Positions 19,247 to 26,248 of a stretch of DNA of 64,000 bases are shown piece after piece. A program made the translations under genes and the position numbers. The stretch spans positions 7,776 to 71,775 of the forward strand of contig CAVUPB010000001.1 in the NCBI GenBank assembly GCA_963743275.1. The letters are read 5' to 3'. This DNA comes from an uncultured Actinomycetes bacterium. Its GTDB lineage: Bacteria; Actinomycetota; Thermoleophilia; Gaiellales; JALYLC01. The notes below the pieces were generated by a model. The model had not been told where the DNA came from and ran no database searches. It saw only the letters and a list, made by a program, of their open reading frames with translations. Position 1 is the stretch's first letter; each line of letters opens with the position of its first letter.

Positions 19247-20310
19247 GCACGGCACCGCCAGCCCCCGCGGTCGACGTGATCATCGACAACCACGACTACG
19301 GCCGCTACCTCCGCGCCGCGATCGAGAGCGCGCTCGCACAGACCTACGAGAACGTCTCCGTGATCGTGGTCGACGACGGCTCGACCGACGACTCCCGCGC
19401 CGTCATCGCCTCGTTCGGCGACCGCATCGTGCCCATCCTGAAGGAGAACGGCGGCCAGGCTTCGGCCTTCAACGCCGGCCTGGCCCGCTCCCTCGGCGAT
19501 GTCGTGCTCTTCCTCGACGCCGACGACGTGCTCGCGCCGCAGGCCGCCGAGCGCGTCGCCGCCGCCTTCCGCGCGCGGCCCGAGCTCGCGAAGGTGCACT
19601 TCCGGCTCGCGGTCGTCGACGCGGCCGGGCGCCCGACCGGCGAGATCAAGCCGGATCCGCACATCGCCCTCCCGCACGGCGACCTGCAGGCCGCCACGCT
19701 GCGCTTCCCGTTCGACCTCGCCCACCCGGCGACGAGCGGCAACGCGTTCTCGGCGCGCACGCTGCGGGCGATCGCGCCGATCCGCGACTGCGGCGACGGC
19801 ATCGGAGCCGACTGGTACGCCGTGCACCTCTCGGCGCTGCTCGGGCCCGTCGGAGCGATCGACGCCCCCCTCGCGCAGTACCGCCTGCACGGCGCCAACC
19901 TCTACGAGAGCGCGACCACCGAGCTCGACCTCGACCAGATCCGCGCCACGATCGGATGCACCGCGCGGACGCGGGAGCACCTTGCGGAGTTCGCGCACGG
20001 GCATGGCCTCGAGCTGCGCGCGGACGACGCCTCGATGGCGGAGGTGGCGGACCGCGCGATCTCGCTCAAGCTCGACCCGGCACGGCATCCGCTCGCCGGC
20101 GACACGCTGCCGCGACTCGTGCGGCTCGGTGCGCACGCCGCGTCCCGGCGCTTCGACATCGCGCTCCCGATGAAGGTGGGGTTCGTCGCCTGGCTCGCCT
20201 GCCTGGCGATCGCGCCGCGGCCCGTCGCGCGGTGGCTCGCCGCCGTGTTCGTCTTCCCCGCCCGGCGCACCCGCCTGAACGCGTGGCTGAAGCGGATGGG
20301 CCGGCGATGA
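19243..20310 (+). CDS. Glycosyltransferase family 2
   Basis: ATG 19243 (ATGA overlap): VDVIIDNHDYGRYLRAAIESALAQTYENVSVIVVDDGSTDDS ... VLFLDADDV. Confidence 0.8.
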   Translation: MSTAPPAPAVDVIIDNHDYGRYLRAAIESALAQTYENVSVIVVDDGSTDDSRAVIASFGDRIVPILKENGGQASAFNAGLARSLGDVVLFLDADDVLAPQAAERVAAAFRARPELAKVHFRLAVVDAAGRPTGEIKPDPHIALPHGDLQAATLRFPFDLAHPATSGNAFSARTLRAIAPIRDCGDGIGADWYAVHLSALLGPVGAIDAPLAQYRLHGANLYESATTELDLDQIRATIGCTARTREHLAEFAHGHGLELRADDASMAEVADRAISLKLDPARHPLAGDTLPRLVRLGAHAASRRFDIALPMKVGFVAWLACLAIAPRPVARWLAAVFVFPARRTRLNAWLKRMGRR

Positions 20311-21977
20311 CCACATCGCCCGCGAACCGGATCCCCGCGCTGAGCGTCGTCATCGCGACCCGCAACCGCTGCGAGCTGCTGCGCCTCTGCCTCGAGTCGC
20401 TCGACCGGCAGACCGCGGCCCCGGAGGACTACGAGGTCGTGGTCGTCCTCGACGGCGCGACGGACGGGTCGGCCGAGATGCTGCGGCGGCTCGCTCCACG
20501 GCATGCCCTGACGGTGGTCGAGCAGCACGGGGCCGGCGCGTCGGCCGCGCGCAACACCGGCGCGGCGCGCGCGCGTGCGGGCGTCGTGCTGTTCGTCGAC
20601 GACGACGAGCTCGCCCGCCCCGAGCTCGTGAGCGCGCACCTCGAGGCGCACCGGGCACATGACCACAGCGTCGTCATCGGCCCGATCGAGCGGCGCGTCC
20701 CGGGCGACGCCGACCGCTACGCGCGCCTGAGCGCCGAGGACGCAGCCTGGCGCAACGAGCAGCTGCACAGCCGCCCGGCGACGTACTGGGACTGCTTCGG
20801 CGGCAACTGCTCGCTCACGCGCACCGCATTCGACGAGGTCGGCGGCTACGACCCCGAGCGGGACAAGGAGAGCGACACGGAGATCGCCTATCGCCTGCAC
20901 GAGCACGGCTACGGCTTCGTGTTCGCGCCCCGCGCCGTCGTGTCCGAGTACCGCACGCGGCCGTGGGCCGGCATCGTCGCCGACACCGTGCGGCGCGGCC
21001 AGGTGGCCGTGGCGCTCTACGGGCGCCATCCGGCGATGATCGCGCAGATGCCGCTCGGCGGAAGCGACGCGCTCTCCACGGCGCGGGCGACACAGGCGCT
21101 CGCCGGCGCGCTGCTCGCGCTGCGCGTCCCTCCGGCCCTGCTCGCCGGCGCGGGCTTCCTCGTGCCGCGCCGGCGCTGGCAGAAGGCCTGGTTCGCGTTC
21201 GTCCTCCGGCACGCCTACTGGAGCGGCGTCCGGGGGGTCGCCGGCCGCGACCTCTGGCAGCGCCTGCGCAGCGCCACGCTGATCCTCGGCTACCACGCCT
21301 TCGGCGAGGACGGCGAGAAGCCGAGCCGCTTCGTCGTGCCGGGGCGGAGGTTCGCGCGCCAGGTCGCCTGGCTCAGGCGCCGCGGATACAACGTCATCAG
21401 CCTGGGCGAGTACATCGAGTACCGCACGACGCACCGGCTTCCGCCCGCGAAGACGGTCGTCATCACGATCGACGACGTGTACGAGGACGCCGTCGCGGTC
21501 GCGGGCCCGATCCTGGCGCGGGCGGGGATCACGGCGACCGCGTTCCTGATCTCCGCGACGGGCCCGCGCAACGACCAGGCCACCGACTCCGCCCTGGCCG
21601 GACGCCGCCTGATCGATCTCCGCGCAGCGCCGCGGCTGCTGGCAGGGCCGTTCGAGATCGGCTCCCACACGCGCACCCACCGCGACCTGACCACCCTCTC
21701 GGCGGCCGAGGCCGAGCGCGAGATCGCCGGCTCGAAAGAGGAGCTCGAGCGTGCGCTCGGCGTCTCCGTGAGCGCGTTCGCGTATCCGTTCGGCGGTTCC
21801 GGGCCCGAGCTCCGGGCGCTCGTGGAGCGCGCCGGCTTTCTCGCGGCACGTGGCACCCGGCCGGGCCGCAACCGGCCCGCGACCGATCCGTTCGACCTCC
21901 GCTGGATCGAGGTCTGCGGCACGTACTCGCTGCCGCGCTTCGCCGCGACCCTGCTGCTCGGCGACCTCCGGCGCTGA
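20307..21977 (+). CDS. Glycosyltransferase family 2 fused to polysaccharide deacetylase (NodB/CE4-like)
   Basis: ATG 20307 (ATGA overlap): LSVVIATRNRCELL...VVVVLDGATDGS...VLFVDDDE. C-terminal half VVITIDDVYEDAV...GITATAFLI...EIGSHTRTHRDLT...FAYPFG. Confidence 0.85.
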   Translation: MTTSPANRIPALSVVIATRNRCELLRLCLESLDRQTAAPEDYEVVVVLDGATDGSAEMLRRLAPRHALTVVEQHGAGASAARNTGAARARAGVVLFVDDDELARPELVSAHLEAHRAHDHSVVIGPIERRVPGDADRYARLSAEDAAWRNEQLHSRPATYWDCFGGNCSLTRTAFDEVGGYDPERDKESDTEIAYRLHEHGYGFVFAPRAVVSEYRTRPWAGIVADTVRRGQVAVALYGRHPAMIAQMPLGGSDALSTARATQALAGALLALRVPPALLAGAGFLVPRRRWQKAWFAFVLRHAYWSGVRGVAGRDLWQRLRSATLILGYHAFGEDGEKPSRFVVPGRRFARQVAWLRRRGYNVISLGEYIEYRTTHRLPPAKTVVITIDDVYEDAVAVAGPILARAGITATAFLISATGPRNDQATDSALAGRRLIDLRAAPRLLAGPFEIGSHTRTHRDLTTLSAAEAEREIAGSKEELERALGVSVSAFAYPFGGSGPELRALVERAGFLAARGTRPGRNRPATDPFDLRWIEVCGTYSLPRFAATLLLGDLRR

Positions 21978-22134
21978 GAAGCTCTGACTGAATGAGCGTG
22001 AGTGGCTGGGGTGGGTGGAGCGAGCAGGAGTGCCGGCCGCCTCGCAGGACAGGCGGGACGCCTTTCCAAGAGGCGGGCGGTGCTCCTGCGACGCCCCGCA
22101 CCAGACGCCACGCTCATTCCGTGAGAGCTTCTCA
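21975..22134 (+). repeat. Roughly 160-nt extended imperfect palindrome (long hairpin) filling the convergent intergenic gap
   Basis: Outer arms TGAGAAGCTCTGACTGAATGAGCGTG (21975-22000) and CACGCTCATTCCGTGAGAGCTTCTCA (22109-22134). Inner arms GCAGGAGTGCCGGCCGCCTC (22024-22043) and GAGGCGGGCGGTGCTCCTGC (22070-22089) give 19/20 pairs if two G-U wobbles are allowed on the + strand. Apical mini-stem AGGC/GCCT. Confidence 0.6.
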
Positions 22135-22144
22135 AGGCCGGCGG

Positions 22145-23413
22145 TCAGATCGCGGGCGTCGTCCAGCGGTGGCGCACGGCGACCGTGCCGCGCGACCAGC
22201 CGCGGTCGATCGGGCGGCCGTCCAGCAGGCCCTCCTCGACGTCGAACATCGCGGCTGCCTCGACGGCGTCCTGCAGGCGGTTCCCGGAGCGGATCTCGAC
22301 GTCGACCCGGTAGCGCCCCGGCACGAGCGGCAGCTCGTCGATCGCGCACACGAAGCGATCGGGCGCCGCGCCGTCGTCGCGATCGCCCGGGGCGCCGACC
22401 GCGCTGCGGAACTCGGCCACCGCGTTGCCGAAGCTGTCGTGGATCGTGAAGCTGCAGGTCGTGCTGATCGACGACGACGACAGCACGAACGCGAACGTGA
22501 GACCGGCGCCGGTCGTCGGCACCCCCGCTCCGTCGGCCCCGCAGGCGAGCTCGACCCGGGTGAGCTTCACGTCCTGGCGTCCCTTGCGGTCGGTGCGATC
22601 GCCCACATCGGTCGCCATCGCCTGCTCGAGGTCGCGCAGGTACAGCGCGACCGTCTCGTCGATCGGGCCGTCGAAGCGCAGGCCGCCGCGCTCGAGCAGC
22701 AGGCCGCGCTCGCAGAGCGCCTGGATCAGCGCCATGTTGTGACTCACGAAGATGACCGTTCGGCCCTCGCTCGCGACCTCGCCCATCTTGCCGAGACAGC
22801 GCTTCTGGAAGGCGAGGTCGCCCACCGCGAGCACCTCGTCGACGAGCAGGATCTCGGGCTCGAGATAGGCCGCGACGGCGAACGCGAGCCGCACCTGCAT
22901 GCCGCTCGAGTAACGCTTGATGGGCGTGTCGAGCTGCGGGCCGATCTCGGCGAACTCGACGATGTCGTCGAACCTCCGGCGGATCTCGGCGCGCGGCATC
23001 CCCAGGATCGACCCGTACAGCGACACGTTCTCGCGCCCGGTCAGCTCCGGGTGGAACCCGGTTCCGACCTCGAGCAGCGACCCGACGCGGCCGCTGAGGC
23101 CGATGCGGCCGGCGCTCGGCTCGGTGATCCGCGAGAGGATCTTGAGCAGCGTCGACTTGCCCGCGCCGTTGCGGCCGATGACGCCGACGATGTCGCCGGC
23201 CCCGATCGCGAACGAGACGTCGCGCAGGGCCCAGAACGTGGTCTTCCGCGCGCGCTCCGGGCGCTCGCGCCCGGCGACCGACGCCGCCGCGTCGAACCAC
23301 GCGCGCGCGCCGCCCGCGATCGCGTCGCGCAGGGTCGCGTCGGAGTGGCGGTCCTCGTCGATCTCGAAGCACTTCGAGACGTTCTCGGCGCGGATGACGG
23401 TCGCGCTCGCCAC
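22145..23413 (-). CDS. wzt: Polysaccharide ABC exporter ATP-binding protein with C-terminal extension (Wzt/TagH-type)
   Basis: ORF 22145..23413 (GTG): Walker A GRNGAGKST, signature YSSGMQVRLAF, Walker B ILLVDEVLAVGD. About 170-aa extra C-terminal domain. Confidence 0.9.
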   Translation of the reverse strand: MASATVIRAENVSKCFEIDEDRHSDATLRDAIAGGARAWFDAAASVAGRERPERARKTTFWALRDVSFAIGAGDIVGVIGRNGAGKSTLLKILSRITEPSAGRIGLSGRVGSLLEVGTGFHPELTGRENVSLYGSILGMPRAEIRRRFDDIVEFAEIGPQLDTPIKRYSSGMQVRLAFAVAAYLEPEILLVDEVLAVGDLAFQKRCLGKMGEVASEGRTVIFVSHNMALIQALCERGLLLERGGLRFDGPIDETVALYLRDLEQAMATDVGDRTDRKGRQDVKLTRVELACGADGAGVPTTGAGLTFAFVLSSSSISTTCSFTIHDSFGNAVAEFRSAVGAPGDRDDGAAPDRFVCAIDELPLVPGRYRVDVEIRSGNRLQDAVEAAAMFDVEEGLLDGRPIDRGWSRGTVAVRHRWTTPAI

Positions 23414-24280
23414 TCAGATCACGTCCGCGAAGTCGCGCTCGGTGCGGTTGAAGTACAGGTAGCCCGTGGCGAACAGGGCGAGGCCGCTCAGGATCGAGAG
23501 CGCGACCTGCCCGCCCTGCGGCTGGGCTCCCCCGGCGAGCGCCCAGCGGAACCCCTCGACGACGGTCGTCATCGGGTTGATGCCGTAGAGCGTCCGCCAC
23601 GGCGCCGAGATCGAGGTCGTCGCGTAGACCACGGGCGTCGCGAAGAGCAGGGTCTGGACGAGGAACGGCACCACGAAGCGGATGTCGCGGTACTTGACGT
23701 TGAGCGCGGCGAGCCAGGCGCTCACCCCGACGGTCGTGAGGAAGGCGAGCCCGAGCAGCGGCACGAGCAGGAGCACGCCGAGCAGCTGGGGCCCGGTGTC
23801 GTAGTAGGCCATCATCCCGATCAGCACGACGAACGCCAGGGCGAAATCGACGAGCCCGGCCAGGATCGGCGCCATCACGAGATAGAGCCGCGGGAAGTAG
23901 ACCTTCGTGATCAGCTGCGGATTGACCGTGAGGCTCGTCGAGGCGAGCTGCACGGCGTTGGCGAAGAAGAGCCACGGGACGAGCGCCGTGTAGGCGAAGA
24001 TCGGGTACGGCATCCCGCCGGTGTCGATCCTCGCCACGTGCCCGAAGACGACGGTGAAGAGGATGACCGCCAGCACCGGCTGGAGGATCGCCCAGCCCGC
24101 GCCGAGGACGGTCTGCTTGTAGCGCACCTTGATGTCGCGCCAGGTCAGGAAGTAGAGGAGCTCGCGGAACTGCGCGAGCTCGCCGACCCGCAGCGAGCGG
24201 AACCCCGTGGTCTTCTGCAGGACCTGCTCGAACGCCCCGGTCCAGTCGGACTCGGCCGGTTTCCCGATCTCGTTCGGCAT
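23414..24280 (-). CDS. wzm: ABC-2 type polysaccharide exporter permease (Wzm/TagG-type)
   Basis: ORF 23414..24343. I prefer ATG 24280 (MPNEIG...) because codons upstream look non-coding (ATA, GGA). FRELLYFLTWRDIKVRYKQTVLGAGWAILQP plus six TM segments. Its stop abuts the wzt start. Confidence 0.85.
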   Translation of the reverse strand: MPNEIGKPAESDWTGAFEQVLQKTTGFRSLRVGELAQFRELLYFLTWRDIKVRYKQTVLGAGWAILQPVLAVILFTVVFGHVARIDTGGMPYPIFAYTALVPWLFFANAVQLASTSLTVNPQLITKVYFPRLYLVMAPILAGLVDFALAFVVLIGMMAYYDTGPQLLGVLLLVPLLGLAFLTTVGVSAWLAALNVKYRDIRFVVPFLVQTLLFATPVVYATTSISAPWRTLYGINPMTTVVEGFRWALAGGAQPQGGQVALSILSGLALFATGYLYFNRTERDFADVI

Positions 24281-24374
24281 TTCGACACTCGGACGCGCAG
24301 CCACGGTCCTCTCGATTCCCTCGCTCACCCCCGATATCGGCACGCGCGCGCGAGATCGTGAGCGGGGAGCGCGC

Positions 24375-24677
24375 TCAGCGGCCGAGCAGGCCGGGATTGC
24401 GCCCGGCGAACTCGTCGAACTCCGTGACGCCCGGTGCGCGCTCGATCGCCGCCTGGATGCGGGCGCACCAGGCGCGCGTCAGCGCGAGGTCGAACTTCCC
24501 GGGCACGCCGGCGGCCCGCGTGACCGCTCGCAGCCCCTCCGCCATGCGCTCGGCCCCCGCCTCGGCGCCGTCGCGGCGGAGGCACAGCCACGCGACCCTG
24601 ACGTGCGCCCGGTGGTCGAAGTCCGCGACCGGGAGCGTTCCCGCGGCGAATGCCGCGAGCAGGTCGTCGTCGCTCAT
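24375..24677 (-). CDS. Conserved hypothetical protein (about 100 aa) co-transcribed with MarR
   Basis: ATG 24677 overlaps the MarR stop (ATGA): MSDDDLLAAFAAGTLPVADFDHRAHVRVAWLCLRRDG... Good GC3 bias. No family recognised. Confidence 0.5.
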   Translation of the reverse strand: MSDDDLLAAFAAGTLPVADFDHRAHVRVAWLCLRRDGAEAGAERMAEGLRAVTRAAGVPGKFDLALTRAWCARIQAAIERAPGVTEFDEFAGRNPGLLGR

Positions 24678-25081
24678 CGGGCGTCGCCGCCCGGCGGGAA
24701 GCGAGCGAGCGCCGCGCGCAGCGCCTCCACGTCCCGCGCCGCGAGCGCGCCCTCGAGCGAGCCCATCGCGCGCAGCACGCGATCGCGCGCGGCCTCGCCG
24801 TCGGGGGTGAGCACGGCCAGGACGGCGCGGCGATCCGCGGCGTCGGGCCGGCGTTCGAGCAGCCCGCGCTCGGCGAGCCGGTCGAGGACGCCGGTGAGCG
24901 TGGACGGGCGCTGCCCCGTCGCACGGACGAGCGCGCCGACCCGCGAGGACCGCTCGCTCCCGAAGCATCCGAGCGCGTTGACCTCGGCCGCGCTGAGGCC
25001 GCTGTCGCCGAGCGCGGCGTCCAGCGCGGCGAGCGCGCGGTGCGTGGCGCGCTCGAGCGCGAGTACGAGAGGCTCATTCAT
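24674..25081 (-). CDS. MarR-family transcriptional regulator
   Basis: ORF 24674..25081: LSAAEVNALGCFGSERSSRVGALVRATGQRPSTLTGVLDRLAERGLLERRPDAADRRAVLAVLTPDG (wHTH). Confidence 0.9.
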   Translation of the reverse strand: MNEPLVLALERATHRALAALDAALGDSGLSAAEVNALGCFGSERSSRVGALVRATGQRPSTLTGVLDRLAERGLLERRPDAADRRAVLAVLTPDGEAARDRVLRAMGSLEGALAARDVEALRAALARFPPGGDAR

Positions 25082-25110
25082 ACGGATCCGTATTATACGG
25101 ATCCGTATTA
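25081..25110. promoter_or_regulatory. Two tandem copies of TACGGATCCGTATTA, each holding the perfect 12-bp palindrome TACGGATCCGTA (putative MarR operators)
   Basis: Read directly: 25081-25095 and 25096-25110. They lie in the 55-bp divergent spacer between marR (start 25081) and the deiodinase-like gene (25137). Confidence 0.5.
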
Positions 25111-25136
25111 CATCTGCGCGCTGGTAGGCTCATCGC

Positions 25137-25754
25137 GTGGCTGCCCAGGAACCGGACACGCCCGGCGACTCGCCGCTGAGGATGGCCGACGTCCTCGCGT
25201 CGCCGTTCTACCGCGACCTCATGACGCCGGAGCTCGCCGCCGGCGAGCCCGCCGCCCCGTTTGCGCTGCCGAGGCCCGACGGCACGATCGTGCGCCTGGC
25301 CGACTTCGCCGGAGTCTCACCGGTCGCTCTGGCCTTCGGCTCCTACACCTGACCGCCCTTCCGCGCCCAGTTGGGCGCGCTGTCGCGGCTGCACCGGACG
25401 TACGGCGACCGGGTGGCGTTCTTCATCGTCTACATCCGCGAGGCGCATCCCGAGGACGGCTGGGTCCTGGCGGACAACCGCGAGGCCGGCGTGCGCATCG
25501 AGGACCCGCGTTCGGAGGGCGAGCGCCAGGGCGTCGCCGAAACGTGCGCGACGCTCTTCTCGCTCGAGATCCCGGTGCTCGTCGACGGCATCGGGGACGA
25601 GGTCGCGCGCACCTACGGCGGTTGGCCGGAGCGGCTCTATCTGATCGACGCGGACGGCGCCATCGCCTACCAGGGCGAGGAGGGGCCGTTCGGATTCCAC
25701 CCCGAGGAGCTCGAGGCGGCGATCGAGAGCGAGCTGGGCATCCGCCGGCGTTAG
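25137..25754 (+). CDS. Iodothyronine-deiodinase-like thioredoxin-fold protein; candidate selenoprotein (in-frame TGA 25350-25352 read as Sec)
   Basis: Track ORFs 25137..25352 and 25371..25754 share one frame and are split only by the TGA. Read-through gives VALAFGSYT-U-PPFRAQLGALSRLHRTYGDRVAFFIVYIREAHPEDGW. This has the same spacing as my recollection of the deiodinase active-site region (FGSCT-U-PSF ... 23 aa ... [12 protein letters not shown]). GC3 bias continues across the TGA. Confidence 0.7.
25362..25379 (+). promoter_or_regulatory. SECIS-like hairpin just downstream of the in-frame UGA
   Basis: CGCGCCC-AGUU-GGGCGCG: 7-bp GC stem with an apical loop containing G-U. It starts 10 nt after the UGA. 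Consistent with bacterial SECIS geometry, but not scored with any model. Confidence 0.45.
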
Positions 25755-26179
25755 GCCGCCGGCGGCGGAATCGCTCCGACCTGGATCAGCAGCGAGAGGA
25801 AGTCGGCGACCGACCAGCGCTCGGCGCAGCGCTCGCCCGCGAAGCGCAGGATCGTGATGCCCGGGACGTCGACCGGCAGGCCCGTGGGCGGGACGCCCAT
25901 GAACGCGCCGTCGTGGGTGCCGAGGAAGCGGAAGCCGAGCGTCAGGCGATCGCCGTCGACGAGCGCCTGCTCGACGGTCACGCGCGCGTCGGAGAAGCCC
26001 TCGAAGATCGCGCGGTAGAACTCCTTGACCGTCGCCTTGGGCGTGAGCGGCTCGGGCGTGTAGCCGTGCAGCACGACGTCGTCGTGGTAGAGCATCTCGA
26101 AGTAGTCGTCGCGGCGCGCCGGGTCGTTGAAGGCGGCGATGGCCTTCTCGGCGGTCGCGATCATCTCCTCGCGCGTCAT
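25751..26179 (-). CDS. SnoaL-like / ester-cyclase (NTF2-fold) protein
   Basis: ORF 25751..26179: AIAAFNDPARRDDYFEMLYHDDVVLHGY...KEFYRAIFEGFSDARVTVEQ...HDGAFMGVPPTG. Confidence 0.75.
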   Translation of the reverse strand: MTREEMIATAEKAIAAFNDPARRDDYFEMLYHDDVVLHGYTPEPLTPKATVKEFYRAIFEGFSDARVTVEQALVDGDRLTLGFRFLGTHDGAFMGVPPTGLPVDVPGITILRFAGERCAERWSVADFLSLLIQVGAIPPPAA

Positions 26180-26248
26180 GGAACCCCTCCCCCTCGCGGA
26201 TACGGATCGACCGCGAACTTCTTCGCAGGCGCCGCCGTGGCGGTTCGG

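Noticed and set aside
21975-22134. 6S RNA, tRNA-like or other known ncRNA
   Set aside because: The fold is an almost continuous stem without the large central bubble expected for 6S RNA and has no cloverleaf. I cannot match it to a known family by eye.
19902-23975. 1357-aa minus-strand ORF spanning several glycan-locus genes
   Set aside because: Arg/Ala/Gly/Pro-rich low-complexity translation with no motifs. It is antisense or out of frame to well-supported genes (GT2, GT2-deacetylase, wzt, wzm). Typical high-GC open-frame artefact.
25081-25110. Possible CRISPR or tandem-repeat array
   Set aside because: Only two 15-nt copies with no spacers. They are palindromic and sit in a divergent promoter region, so an operator interpretation fits better.
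25350-25352. TGA as a simple nonsense mutation or a boundary between two genes
   Set aside because: The stop falls exactly at the catalytic Cys/Sec position of the family motif. The downstream frame is conserved-looking with no separate SD or sensible start (the track uses a TTG 18 nt later). A SECIS-like hairpin follows. Not fully excluded without the rest of the genome.
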